A stretch of DNA of 64,000 bases from Anaerolineales bacterium. GTDB taxonomy: Bacteria > Chloroflexota > Anaerolineae > Anaerolineales > Villigracilaceae. Positions 19,835-29,775 of the stretch are shown piece by piece; within the stretch, counting starts at the first letter, position 1, and each line of letters begins with the position of its first letter. A program made the translations under genes and the position numbers. Below the pieces are notes generated by a model that saw nothing but the letters and a program-made list of their open reading frames with translations, was not told the origin of the DNA and searched no databases. The stretch lies in assembly GCA_024710905.1 (NCBI GenBank), contig JANJTV010000065.1, positions 20,985 through 84,984 on the forward strand. The letters run 5' to 3'.

Positions 19835-21646
19835 ATGAGTGAGAACAAACTGCCCCACTGGGATTTGTCCAATGTCTTCCCTGGCCTTGAATCGACTGAA
19901 TTCAATGCCGCCCAGGAGAAAATGGACGCCCAAATCGCCGAGTTGGAAACCTATTTCAACGAAAAACTATCCAAACTGGATGCCCGGTCCGACCCCAAAG
20001 CGCTCAATGAAGCCGTCAGCAGCCTGATTGATCGCTACAACAGCGCTTATGAACTGGTTGCCACCATCCAGTCCTATGTCTACTCATTCATCAGCACCGA
20101 CTCGTTTAACAAGACAGCCAACAAGGTTTTCTCAGAACTGCAAATGCGCACCTTGCGCCTGGACAATGTCAACATCCAGGTGCGGGCCTGGATCGGCAAG
20201 CTGGCCCCGGCCATCAACCAGATCATTGCCCTGGGCGGCAGCGCAGCGCAACACAGCTATTTCCTCAAGCTGACTGCCGAGCAAAGCAAATACATGATGA
20301 CCGAGGCAGAGGAAAACCTGGCCGCCGAACTTGGCCTGAGCGGTATGCAAGCCTGGAGCAAACTACAGGGAACGATCACCTCCCAGTTGTCTGTTGATTT
20401 TGAACTGGATGGCGAGGTTAAAAAATTGCCATCCCCTGCCCTGGTCAACCTGCGAAACCACCCGGATGAATCTGTGCGCCGCCGCGGTTACGAAACCGAA
20501 ATGGTGGCCTGGGAAACCGTCAAGGAACCGCTGGCCGCCGCCATGAATGGCGTAAAAGGCACAGCCAACGCACTCAACCGCCGCCGTGGACGCCAGGACG
20601 CAGTTCACCAGTCAATTGACGATGCCCACATCGACCGTGAAACCCTAAATGCCATGCTCGAAGCCATGCGCGATTCCTTCCCTGTCTTCCGCCGCTACTT
20701 CAAAGCCAAAGCCCGCCACCTGGGCAAGGAAAAACTGGCCTGGTGGGACCTGTTCGCACCGCTCGGAAAAACCGCTACGGTTTATAGCTGGGGCGAGACA
20801 CGCACCTTCATCCTCGAGAATTTTGCCCAATTCGCCCCCGAACTGGAAGACTTGGCCCGCCGTGCTTTCGATCAGAATTGGATCGACGCCGAGGAACGCG
20901 CTGGGAAGCGTGGCGGTGCGTTTTGTATGGGCGTCGAGGCCGTCAAAGAGTCGCGCATCCTGACCAATTTCAACGGCTCGCCAGATGGTGTAGGCACAAT
21001 TGCCCACGAACTCGGCCACGCCTTCCATAATGATTGCGCCTACCGCGCCGGGAAGACAATCCTGCAGCAGGATACACCCATGACCCTGGCCGAAACCGCC
21101 TCCATCATGTGCGAAACGATTGTCTATCAGGCGTTGCTCAACAAAGCATCCAGCCCGGCTGAAGAACTGGCCGTGCTTGAAATGTCCCTGCAAAATGCCA
21201 GTCAGGTGATCGTGGATATTTACTCCCGTTATCTGTTCGAGAAGGAAGTCTTTGAGCGCCGCGCCACTGCCGAGCTTTCGGCAGATGATTTCTCTGAGAT
21301 CATGGAGCGCGCCCAGAAGGAAACCTATGGCGACGGGCTGGACGAACGCTACCTGATGAAATTCATGTGGACCTGGAAACCGCACTACTACCGGGCTGAA
21401 CTGTCCTTCTACAACTATCCTTATGCGTTTGGCCTGCTGTTCGGCACCGGCCTGTACGCCATATACCAGCAGCGCGGCGCGGAATTCGTCAAGGACTACC
21501 AGCATTTGCTGGCCTCCACCGGCGAAGCCCCGGCGGCCGAGCTCGCCCAACGCTTCGGCATTGACATCCGCACAAAGAAGTTCTGGGAAGACAGCATCAA
21601 GATCATCGAAAAACAGATCGAACGCTACGAAGCCATCCGCCTGTAG
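19835..21646 (+). CDS. pepF: M3-family oligoendopeptidase F
   Basis: HExxH motif IAHELGHAFH. About 600 aa. A GGAGA RBS lies upstream. Confidence 0.85.
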   Translation: MSENKLPHWDLSNVFPGLESTEFNAAQEKMDAQIAELETYFNEKLSKLDARSDPKALNEAVSSLIDRYNSAYELVATIQSYVYSFISTDSFNKTANKVFSELQMRTLRLDNVNIQVRAWIGKLAPAINQIIALGGSAAQHSYFLKLTAEQSKYMMTEAEENLAAELGLSGMQAWSKLQGTITSQLSVDFELDGEVKKLPSPALVNLRNHPDESVRRRGYETEMVAWETVKEPLAAAMNGVKGTANALNRRRGRQDAVHQSIDDAHIDRETLNAMLEAMRDSFPVFRRYFKAKARHLGKEKLAWWDLFAPLGKTATVYSWGETRTFILENFAQFAPELEDLARRAFDQNWIDAEERAGKRGGAFCMGVEAVKESRILTNFNGSPDGVGTIAHELGHAFHNDCAYRAGKTILQQDTPMTLAETASIMCETIVYQALLNKASSPAEELAVLEMSLQNASQVIVDIYSRYLFEKEVFERRATAELSADDFSEIMERAQKETYGDGLDERYLMKFMWTWKPHYYRAELSFYNYPYAFGLLFGTGLYAIYQQRGAEFVKDYQHLLASTGEAPAAELAQRFGIDIRTKKFWEDSIKIIEKQIERYEAIRL

Positions 21647-21657
21647 CTACACCTTAC

Positions 21658-21690
21658 AATCCCCGCCAATTGGGTGGGGATTGTTTTGTT
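21658..21690 (+). terminator. intrinsic terminator after pepF
   Basis: aatccccgcc / gggtggggatt hairpin followed by gttttgttt. Confidence 0.6.
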
Positions 21691-21741
21691 TAAGTCATTT
21701 CGCAAGTACAATTGGCGCAATTCACAAAGGAGAAAACAGCC

Positions 21742-22794
21742 ATGCAGTTCCCTTCGTACTCAGACCTCGCCGAGCAAATTGAAATCCAGCGGGGCAACAT
21801 TCGCGAGATACTCAACCAGTATTCGCGCCCCAACATTTCGCGCAGTGTCTGGCAAATGATCAATACCCTGGTGCCTTTCTTTGCCATGTGGGCATTGGCA
21901 GCCTACGTCTTCCAGAATTACTCCTTCTGGTGGATGCTGCCCGTCACCATGCTGGCGGCAGGTTTTATGGTGCGGGCCTTCATCATTTTCCACGACTGCT
22001 GTCATGGCTCGTACTTCCAGCGCAAGGCTGCCAATGACCTTGTCGGGCGCATCCTGGGCATCATTGTCTTCACGCCCTATGACTACTGGAAGCACGACCA
22101 CGCTGTCCACCATGCCACCGCCGGAAACCTGGACAAGCGCGGTGTTGGCGATGTGCCCACCTGGACGATCGAAGAGTACGAATCAAAACCCTGGTATGCC
22201 CGCATGGGATATCGCCTGATGCGCCACCCGGTCATCCTATTCACCTTCGTGGCTTTCTATGTCTTTGCCATCTCCCACCGCTTCTGGCTTCCCGGGGTTG
22301 GTCGTCGTGAAAAAGAAAGTGTCATATTCACCAACCTGGGCATTGCGGCCGTGTTGGGTGTGTTAACCTGGCTGCTTGGCTGGCAAACTGTGCTGGCAGT
22401 ACAACTACCCGTTCTGATGATGGCTGCGGTTGGCGGGCTGTGGCTGTTCTATGTGCAGCACAATTTTGAAGATACCTATTGGGAACGCCAGGAAAACTGG
22501 GATTTCTACAAGGCCGGGCTGCTGGGCAGTTCCTATTACCAATTGCCTGCCATCCTGAACTGGTTCACCGGCAACATCGGATTTCATCACATTCACCACC
22601 TGAGCCCGAAGATCCCCAACTACAACCTGCCAAAGGTCCACAGGCAGCATGAAATTTTTCAGCAAGTGAAACCATTGACCATGTGGCGCAGCCTGAAATC
22701 ACTGACGTATCGTCTGTGGGATGAAGAAAAACAGGCCATGGTCGGATTCAATGTCCTTCGCAATCGGCGCAACACACAGCAAGGCGGCGCCTAA
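21742..22794 (+). CDS. membrane fatty-acid desaturase
   Basis: Three His boxes: HDCCHGS, HDHAVHH and HHIHHL. ATG 21742 is preceded by AAAGGAGAAAA; the tracked TTG at 21712 is less likely. Confidence 0.85.
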   Translation: MQFPSYSDLAEQIEIQRGNIREILNQYSRPNISRSVWQMINTLVPFFAMWALAAYVFQNYSFWWMLPVTMLAAGFMVRAFIIFHDCCHGSYFQRKAANDLVGRILGIIVFTPYDYWKHDHAVHHATAGNLDKRGVGDVPTWTIEEYESKPWYARMGYRLMRHPVILFTFVAFYVFAISHRFWLPGVGRREKESVIFTNLGIAAVLGVLTWLLGWQTVLAVQLPVLMMAAVGGLWLFYVQHNFEDTYWERQENWDFYKAGLLGSSYYQLPAILNWFTGNIGFHHIHHLSPKIPNYNLPKVHRQHEIFQQVKPLTMWRSLKSLTYRLWDEEKQAMVGFNVLRNRRNTQQGGA

Positions 22795-22798
22795 CTGC

Positions 22799-22828
22799 AA
22801 CGGGTCGGGAGAAATCTCCCGACCCGTT
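22799..22828. terminator. bidirectional intrinsic terminator (desaturase / pckA)
   Basis: Perfect hairpin aacgggtcgggag-aaat-ctcccgacccgtt, with T/A tracts on both sides. Confidence 0.7.
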
Positions 22829-22834
22829 CTTATT

Positions 22835-24481
22835 TTACACTTTTGGCCCGGCGTCTGATACTTCCTGCGGAGTGCCGTCTGTGAATTTGGCAAAATTCTG
22901 GATAAACCGCATGGCCAGGTCTTTATAGCGCCGGTCATATTCCTCCCGGCTGGGCCAGCTCGACCAGGGCTTTAGTACCTCCTCCGGCACTTCGGGACAG
23001 GTTTGTGGCACCTCAAACCCAAAGACCGGGTCTTTGTAGCAGGCAACATCAGCCAGTTTCCCACTCAGGGCAGCATTGAGCAAGGCACGGGTGTGCCGGA
23101 TGCTGATGCGCTTCCCCACTCCGTAGGGGCCGCCCACCCAGCCGGTATTCACCAACCAGCAGGTCACCCCATAACGTTCCATCTTGTTCTTCAACAATTC
23201 AGCGTATTTATATGGGTGATGCACCATGAACGGCCCGCCAAAACAGGCGCTAAAGGTGATTTCCGGCTCTTTCCCCAGGCCCACCTCTGTACCACCCACC
23301 TTGGAGGTGTAGCCAGAAATAAACTGGTACAGGGCCTGGTTGGGAGTCAGACGGGCAATCGGCGGCATGACACCGCTGGCATCACAGGTCAACAGGATGA
23401 TGTTCTTCGGGTGGCCTGCCTTTTTCTCAGGCACGGCGTTGGCAATAAATTCCAACGGATACGAAGCGCGCGTATTCTCTGTGACCGTATCGTCATTCAG
23501 GTCAATCAGGCGGGTGATCGGGTCGTGAGGAACATTTTCGAGCACGGTCCCAAAGCGCTTGGTCGTGGCAAAGATTTCCGGCTCAGCCGATTCGGACAGG
23601 CCAATCACCTTGGCATAGCAGCCACCTTCAAAGTTGAACACGCCATCGTCGCTCCAGCCATGCTCATCGTCACCAATCAGGCTGCGGGTGGGGTCTGCCG
23701 AGAGGGTCGTTTTGCCGGTGCCGCTCAAGCCAAAGAACAGGGCCACGTCATTGGAATCCACCGGGTTGACATTCGCCGAGCAATGCATGGGCAGCACGCC
23801 CTGCAAAGGCAGCAGGTAGTTCAGGATGGTAAAGACAGATTTCTTGATCTCACCCGCATAGGCCGTGTTGCCGACGATGGCCAGTTTCTTCTCAAACGAC
23901 AGGCAGATGAAGGTTTCACTGTTGGTATTGTCAACTGCCGGGGTGGCTTTGAAATTAGGCAGCGAAAAGATCGTAAACTCGGGCACAAAGCGTTTGTATT
24001 CTTCCAGCGATTGTGGCAGGATGAACATGTTACGCACAAAGTGGCTGTGCCAGGCCAACTCGGTGACGATACGTACCGGCAGACGGTAGTTTTCATCAGC
24101 ACCGCCATACACATCCTGCACAAAAACATCCTTGCCCTGCAAGAAGCCCAGCATGCGATTGTACAGGCCTTCAAATTTGGTCGCTTCCATCGGGCGGTTA
24201 TAGACGCCCCACCAGACATTATTCTCCGAATCCACGTGCCGGACAACAAATTTATCATTGGCCGAGCGGGCCGTGTGCTTGCCGGTGAAGGCCACAAACG
24301 GGCCGCCTTGCACAGTGGTCCCTTCACTGCGGAATATAGCTTCCTCGTAAAGGGCTTCGGTGGTCAGGTTCCAGTAGGCCAGGCGCAGGTTGCCCACGCC
24401 CTGGTTGCCCAGGTGATATTCCGCTTTACGGGTCTGGGCAATGGCTTCGGCGGGGGTTTTGATGTTCAAAATGTTATTCAT
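22835..24481 (-). CDS. pckA: phosphoenolpyruvate carboxykinase (ATP)
   Basis: Kinase-1a motif FFGLSGTGKTTLS, plus IGDDEHGW and NTGW. Confidence 0.95.
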   Translation of the reverse strand: MNNILNIKTPAEAIAQTRKAEYHLGNQGVGNLRLAYWNLTTEALYEEAIFRSEGTTVQGGPFVAFTGKHTARSANDKFVVRHVDSENNVWWGVYNRPMEATKFEGLYNRMLGFLQGKDVFVQDVYGGADENYRLPVRIVTELAWHSHFVRNMFILPQSLEEYKRFVPEFTIFSLPNFKATPAVDNTNSETFICLSFEKKLAIVGNTAYAGEIKKSVFTILNYLLPLQGVLPMHCSANVNPVDSNDVALFFGLSGTGKTTLSADPTRSLIGDDEHGWSDDGVFNFEGGCYAKVIGLSESAEPEIFATTKRFGTVLENVPHDPITRLIDLNDDTVTENTRASYPLEFIANAVPEKKAGHPKNIILLTCDASGVMPPIARLTPNQALYQFISGYTSKVGGTEVGLGKEPEITFSACFGGPFMVHHPYKYAELLKNKMERYGVTCWLVNTGWVGGPYGVGKRISIRHTRALLNAALSGKLADVACYKDPVFGFEVPQTCPEVPEEVLKPWSSWPSREEYDRRYKDLAMRFIQNFAKFTDGTPQEVSDAGPKV

Positions 24482-24490
24482 GGCAGGCTC

Positions 24491-25708
24491 CTACATCCAA
24501 TCCCGAATCATCTTTTTGTCACCAATGTAAATCTCGTTCGGGCTGGTCGGGTCGAGCGCCCATTTGATGCGCGCAATCCCTTCGGTCACGTCCTTGACCG
24601 TCCCGGAGATGGACAGGCGGATATGCCCTTCCATGCCGAACTCCTTGCCCGGCACGGTCACCACCATCGCCTTGCGCAGCAGGAAGCGGGAGACTTCCAC
24701 TGAATTGCCGTTGAAAGCCCGCAGATCGGGCAGGGCATAAAACGTACCATCCGGCTCGATCAGCCGTGCGCCATTAAACGTGCGCATCTCTTGCAGGAGG
24801 ACATCACGATTGTTCTGGATTTGCAGGCGAATCGCTTCCACCACATTTTGCAGGCCATTCAGCGCTCCTTCTGCAGCCGCCTGGCTGACCGGCGAAACGC
24901 CGGACGTGGTCTGAGCGGTGACATTGGTCATCACCCGCACCAACTGGCGTGGCGCAACCACCCAGCCCACCCGGAAGCCGGTCATGCCATAGACCTTGGC
25001 GACGCCATTAACAACAATGATGTGTGAGTCTTCAATATCTTTTTTACTAAACCCGTAAGCCGGGGCAGCTACTTTCCCGTCAAACACCAGCTTATGATAA
25101 ATATCATCGCAAACCATGAAGATGCCCTTCTTTTCGCACATCTCCACAATTTTACCGATCAGTTCGGCCGGGTAGATCACACCAGAAGGATTGTTGGGGC
25201 TATTGACAATGATGGCGCGGGTATTGCTCGTCACCGCTTTCTCAATATCCTCAAAACGCGGCGTAAAGGTGCCATCTTCCGGGGTCACAATTACCGGCTT
25301 GCCATAGCACATGCGGATGATTTCCGGGTAGGAAACCCAGTACGGAGCCAGCACAATCACTTCATCCTGCGGGTTCAGGATGCTGTAGAAAATATTAAAC
25401 AGTGACTGCTTGGCGCCATTGGTAATAATCACATTCTCGGGGGCAACCAGCCGGTTGTAATTCTCTTCGGTGTAACGGATGACCGCTTTCTTGAGCGACA
25501 ACATCCCATCAGCAGGGGTGTATTTCACCTCCCCGCTCGTCAGCCGCGCCGCAGAAGCAAGGATGGCCGCGATCGGGGTCTTGTTTTTCGGCTCTCCAAT
25601 GCCAAGGTGAATAATCGCTTCACCTCGCTCACGTAACTGGCGCGCCTCTTCATTGAGCGCCAGGGTTGGCGACTCAACGATTTCTTGGGCAAGAGTGCTG
25701 AGTTTCAT
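24491..25708 (-). CDS. class I/II (aspartate-type) aminotransferase
   Basis: PLP-lysine context NGVAKVYGMTGFRVGW, NSPNNPSG and GEPKNKTP. It ends 9 nt upstream of pckA, so the two probably form an operon. Confidence 0.9.
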   Translation of the reverse strand: MKLSTLAQEIVESPTLALNEEARQLRERGEAIIHLGIGEPKNKTPIAAILASAARLTSGEVKYTPADGMLSLKKAVIRYTEENYNRLVAPENVIITNGAKQSLFNIFYSILNPQDEVIVLAPYWVSYPEIIRMCYGKPVIVTPEDGTFTPRFEDIEKAVTSNTRAIIVNSPNNPSGVIYPAELIGKIVEMCEKKGIFMVCDDIYHKLVFDGKVAAPAYGFSKKDIEDSHIIVVNGVAKVYGMTGFRVGWVVAPRQLVRVMTNVTAQTTSGVSPVSQAAAEGALNGLQNVVEAIRLQIQNNRDVLLQEMRTFNGARLIEPDGTFYALPDLRAFNGNSVEVSRFLLRKAMVVTVPGKEFGMEGHIRLSISGTVKDVTEGIARIKWALDPTSPNEIYIGDKKMIRDWM

Positions 25709-25818
25709 CTATCCTCCACAAGGGAAATTAAAGTACCTGCCGTCAGACGACAGGTACAATTTGGCCACCGCCAGAAGGCGCTGACAAACCAGTTGTCAGA
25801 CAGGGCTTTCATATTGTG

Positions 25819-25846
25819 ATTATACCCCGCCCAATTGGATTGTCCC
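25819..25846 (-). promoter_or_regulatory. candidate sigma-70 promoter for the aminotransferase-pckA operon
   Basis: On the minus strand: GGGACA, 16 nt, TATAAT. Confidence 0.4.
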
Positions 25847-25899
25847 TGTGAATAATGTCATGATTTCCTCCCTATCCACCCTGACAATCAACACCGGGT

Positions 25900-26841
25900 T
25901 TACACCAGGGCATCGAAATCTTGTGGATTGCCCAACGGGTAGGTCTCAACACCCTCAAGAATTCGCTTGACCAGGCCGGCCAGGACCGCGCCGGTCCCCG
26001 TTTCGACAAATGTGTTCACGCCCTGTGAGTTCATCCACTGCGCGGATTCGACCCAGCGCACCCGCGACTGCATCTGCGCGCGAATATCAGCTTTCAGATC
26101 AGCAGCTGCCACCAAAGGCCGGGCAGTAACATTCCCCACCACCGGAATGCTGGCATCTATAAATTTCGCCGCTTCAACGGCGGCATCCCACTCCGCCTGG
26201 ATCGAATCCATCAGCGGGGAGTGTGCGGCAATGCTCACCGCGAGCGGGATGGCCCGCTTGGCCCCGGCAGCCTTGGCCCCTTCCATGGCACGCTCGAGGG
26301 CCGGTTTATGCCCCGAAATGACCACCTGGCCGGGGCTGTTATCATTGGCAACCTGCACCAACTCCCCGGGCTGGCTGGCTGCAGCGCAGACTTTTTCCAG
26401 TGTCGGGATGTCCAGGCCAAGCACAGCCGCCATGCCGCCGGGGTTCAACTCCCCGGCGCGCTTCATCAACTCACCACGCTTGCGGACCAGCTGCAGGCCG
26501 TCTTCAAATGTCAATGCCCCGGCAGCGGCAATGGCAGAGATCTCTCCCAGCGAGTGGCCTGCCACAAAAACGGGAACACGTCCCGGGTGAGCCTGACGGA
26601 AGGCTTCCCAGGAGGCCAGCGAGTGGATAAATAATGCAGGCTGCGTGTTAAGCGTATCATTTAAGTCCGTATCCGGCCCATCCCACATGATGGCAGAAAA
26701 AGCAAAGCCCAACAAGGCATCGGCCTGCTCGAATAACTGGCGGGCGGCTGGATGGCTGGCAGCCAGCTCCCGGCCCATGCCCACAGCCTGGCTGCCCTGG
26801 CCGGGGAAAACAAAAGCGGTTTTGGCAAAATCAATCGTCAT
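25900..26841 (-). CDS. fabD: malonyl CoA-ACP transacylase
   Basis: FVFPGQGSQAVGMG and the active-site motif GHSLGE. Confidence 0.92.
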   Translation of the reverse strand: MTIDFAKTAFVFPGQGSQAVGMGRELAASHPAARQLFEQADALLGFAFSAIMWDGPDTDLNDTLNTQPALFIHSLASWEAFRQAHPGRVPVFVAGHSLGEISAIAAAGALTFEDGLQLVRKRGELMKRAGELNPGGMAAVLGLDIPTLEKVCAAASQPGELVQVANDNSPGQVVISGHKPALERAMEGAKAAGAKRAIPLAVSIAAHSPLMDSIQAEWDAAVEAAKFIDASIPVVGNVTARPLVAAADLKADIRAQMQSRVRWVESAQWMNSQGVNTFVETGTGAVLAGLVKRILEGVETYPLGNPQDFDALV

Positions 26842-26860
26842 GGGTCACCTCACGGCTTAA

Positions 26861-26893
26861 AACACAAACGCGCCGCATTGGCTACGGCGCGTT
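26861..26893 (-). terminator. intrinsic terminator after rpmF
   Basis: On the minus strand: aacgcgccg-loop-cggcgcgtt followed by tgtgtttt. Confidence 0.6.
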
Positions 26894-26905
26894 GATGGTT
26901 GCAAA

Positions 26906-27100
26906 CTAGGCCTTCTTGTCTTTTTCAACTTCGACGACTTCGCGACCCTTGTACTGCCCGCAGTTGGGGCAAACAGTGTGCGGAAGGCGCATCTGGCCGC
27001 AGTTGGGGCAAGTGGTCAGGTTGGCAGCCTGCAGGTTGTCGTGGGTGCGACGGCGGTCGCGGCGACCCTTGGAATGTTTACGCTTAGGATGTGGGGGCAT
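26906..27100 (-). CDS. rpmF: 50S ribosomal protein L32
   Basis: MPPHPKRKHSKGRRDRRRTH with two CxxC pairs (CPNCG...CPNCG). The ATG at 27100 has a GGAG RBS. The tracked 95-aa ORF is an upstream over-extension. Confidence 0.9.
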   Translation of the reverse strand: MPPHPKRKHSKGRRDRRRTHDNLQAANLTTCPNCGQMRLPHTVCPNCGQYKGREVVEVEKDKKA

Positions 27101-27164
27101 TTCGTACTCCTTTATATAATTCCCATTATTTGAAAGCCGGGTTGCTCCCGACTTAAGCCCGCTG

Positions 27165-27193
27165 ATTATAGCGGGGTTACCTGCAGGCGTCAA
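27165..27193 (-). promoter_or_regulatory. candidate sigma-70 promoter for rpmF
   Basis: On the minus strand: TTGACG, 17 nt, TATAAT. Confidence 0.55.
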
Positions 27194-27206
27194 GCTAGTA
27201 GGAGAT

Positions 27207-28290
27207 TCAATTTCTCTGGCGCAGGAAGGCGTCCATAAAGCTGTTCAGGTTGCCTTCCAGCACGCCCTGCGCATTGCCGACCTCATGATCGGTGCGGTGG
27301 TCTTTGACCAGCTGGTAAGGATGCAGTACATACGAGCGGATCTGGCTGCCCCACTCTGCCTTGGTGTAATCACCGCGCAGTACGGCGATCTCTTCGTCTC
27401 GTTTGGTCTGCCGAATCTCCAACAGGCGCGCCCGCAATACACGCATGGCGCTCTCCCGGTTTTGCATCTGGCTGCGTTCGTTCTGGCAGGTGACAACGAT
27501 CCCGCTTGGCAAGTGACGAATGCGCACAGCGGTGGAATTCTTTTGCACGTTTTGGCCGCCTGCACCTGCCGAGCGATAGACCTCTATTTCTATATCTTTC
27601 GGGTCAATGTGCAATTCATCATCCCCCGCATCCACCTGGGGGAGGACTTCCACCAGTGCAAAGGAAGTGTGACGGCGGTGGGCAGCGTCATAGGGCGACA
27701 GGCGAACCAGGCGGTGCACCCCTTTTTCAGAACGCAGGTATCCATAGGCAAAGCGGCCATTGACAGACATTGTCACGGTTTTAATACCCGCCTCTTCGCC
27801 TTCGGTCGTATCGAGGATTTCGGTTTCGTAGCCCTGTTCTTCCGCCCAGCGCAGGTACATCCGCTCCAGCATGGCAGCCCAGTCCTGGCTGTCGGTGCCG
27901 CCTGCCCCGGCATGGATGGCCAGGATGGCGTTTTCGCTGTCATACGGGCCGGAAAGCATGGCCGCCAATGACCGTTTTTCCAGGTCGGCTTCAATGGCCG
28001 TCACCTCGGCCTCCAGTTCGGCGCGCAGGGAGTCATCCCGCAACCCGGCCAACTCCAGCGAATCGTGAATGCGCCGCTCAAACCCGCGCCACTCTGCCAC
28101 ATCCTGGCGCAACCCGGCGGCCTGCTTGCTGATACGCTGGGCTGTTGAGGGATCATTCCAGAAGTCCGGCGCTTCTATTTGTTTTTCGAGTTCTGCTAGC
28201 TGGGATTCTTTGCCAGCGAGGTCAAAGACGCTCCAAAAGCTGGCGGGTGATTTCGGCAGCCTGTTGTAAACGGTCGATTAAGTCCTGCAT
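27207..28290 (-). CDS. prfB: peptide chain release factor 2, made by a programmed +1 frameshift
   Basis: ORF0 is ATG 28290 MQDLIDRLQQAAEITRQLLERL, then TGA. The +1 frame continues DLAGKESQLAELEKQIEAPDFWND... into the tracked ORF. The GGQ motif (GAGGQNVQK) and SPY/RRHTSF are present. Confidence 0.92.
28221..28236 (-). promoter_or_regulatory. prfB +1 frameshift site
   Basis: The minus strand reads TTGGAGCGTCTTTGAC. This contains the canonical CTT TGA C slippery/stop motif with an SD-like GGAG 3 nt upstream. Confidence 0.9.
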
Positions 28291-28305
28291 GGCGTCCTCC
28301 GAAAA

Positions 28306-29211
28306 TTAAGCAAGAATACTGTCAACAAATGCGTCCGGGTCAAACGGGGTTAAATCTTCGGGCTTCTCCCCCAGGCCTGCATACAGCACCGGCAGGTTTA
28401 ACTCACGCTGGATGGCGAATGCCATGCCCCCGCGCGCGGATGAATCTAGTTTGGATAAAATAATGCCGCTAACGGCCACCGCTTCCTTGAAGGCGCGGGC
28501 CTGGTGCAGGGCATTCTGGCCAGTGGTTGCATCCAGCACCAGCCAGACGTGCTGTGGCGCGCCGGGCAGGGCTTTGCCGATTACCCGATGGACCTTTTTT
28601 AGTTCTTCCATTAGGTTAAAGCGGGTATGCAAACGCCCGGCCGTATCCACCAGCACAATATCGGTCTGGTGGGAGAGCGCGGACTGGACGGCGTTAAACG
28701 CCACAGCGCCGGGATCCGATTCGGGGGCGCCTGCTACAACAGGGATTTCCAGCCGGTCACCCCATTCGATTAGTTGTTCCACTGCCGCCGCGCGGAAAGT
28801 ATCCGCTGCGCCAAATAGCACACTTTTCCCTTCACGTAAATAGCGCTGACCGAGCTTGGCGGTGGTGGTCGTTTTGCCAGAACCATTCACACCGACCATC
28901 ATAATGACGGTCGGCTTACCAGAAAGGTCGATCAACGGCGGCATCACCAGCCGGTTGCGCAACTCCACCTTGAGCACCGCCTGGAGTTCCGAAGCCCGGG
29001 TAAGACCCTGCCGCCTGACAGCATCTTTCAGGGCGGAAAGGATATCCAGCGAGGTCTCCACACCCAGGTCAGCCTGCACAAGCAGGGCTTCCAGTTCATC
29101 CCAGGTCTCTGCAGTGATCTCGGTTGCGCCAAATAGCCCGGCCATGCGGCCAAAAGCGGCCTTGCTGGTGCGCGAAAGGCCTTCACGCCATTTGTTTAGA
29201 AAATCTGCCAT
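28306..29211 (-). CDS. ftsY: signal recognition particle receptor FtsY (NG domain only)
   Basis: VGVNGSGKTTTTAKL, DTAGRL and LSKLD. Confidence 0.9.
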   Translation of the reverse strand: MADFLNKWREGLSRTSKAAFGRMAGLFGATEITAETWDELEALLVQADLGVETSLDILSALKDAVRRQGLTRASELQAVLKVELRNRLVMPPLIDLSGKPTVIMMVGVNGSGKTTTTAKLGQRYLREGKSVLFGAADTFRAAAVEQLIEWGDRLEIPVVAGAPESDPGAVAFNAVQSALSHQTDIVLVDTAGRLHTRFNLMEELKKVHRVIGKALPGAPQHVWLVLDATTGQNALHQARAFKEAVAVSGIILSKLDSSARGGMAFAIQRELNLPVLYAGLGEKPEDLTPFDPDAFVDSILA

Positions 29212-29253
29212 AGCCCGCCGATTATATCACGCCAGCCTGGCCCGTTCCTTTTG

Positions 29254-29262
29254 TGATATACT
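29254..29262 (+). promoter_or_regulatory. candidate extended -10 promoter for osmC-like gene
   Basis: TGATATACT fits TGnTATACT and sits 25 nt upstream of the ATG. The TAGGAG RBS lies between them. Confidence 0.35.
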
Positions 29263-29286
29263 GCGCGGGGCAATTTTAGGAGTAGC

Positions 29287-29739
29287 ATGAGCGAAGAAAA
29301 ACCGACTTTCAAATGGAAAGAATTAACCACCACCTGGGATGGTGAAGATGGATATCTTTCCGAAAACCAATACGGCGCAACCATGCTGATTGGCAAGGAT
29401 AAGAACGGCAACCTCGGTATTGGGCCGATGGACGCCCTGCTCGCCGGTCTGGCAGGCTGCACCATGTATGATATTGTAGACATCCTGCGCAAGAAACGCC
29501 AGCTGCCTGTAGACTTCAAAGTGCGGGTGCGCGGCAAGCAGCGCCTGACGGAATATCCGTACAAATATACTGAGTTTGAAGTAGAGTACCTGCTGTGGGG
29601 GGACAACCTGGTGGAGAAGGATGTGCGCCAGGCCGTTGAACTATCAGAAAAAAAATACTGCTCGGTCGGCGGGACATTGGAAATGGCCGGACCACTTCAC
29701 TCCACATTCCGCATTCTCAAGCCGGGCGAAACCGAATAA
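29287..29739 (+). CDS. OsmC/Ohr-family protein
   Basis: 150 aa with LLAGLAGCTMYDIV and KYCSV motifs. Confidence 0.8.
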   Translation: MSEEKPTFKWKELTTTWDGEDGYLSENQYGATMLIGKDKNGNLGIGPMDALLAGLAGCTMYDIVDILRKKRQLPVDFKVRVRGKQRLTEYPYKYTEFEVEYLLWGDNLVEKDVRQAVELSEKKYCSVGGTLEMAGPLHSTFRILKPGETE

Positions 29740-29775
29740 AATACTGTTATTGTTATTTCATCAAGGAGAACCTAC

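Noticed and set aside
23003-24703. A 566-aa ORF on the + strand.
   Set aside because: It lies entirely antisense to pckA and the aminotransferase, both of which have unmistakable motifs. The product is low-complexity (rich in G, R, H, Q and V), as expected for the shadow frame of a high-GC gene. It has no RBS and no recognisable motif.
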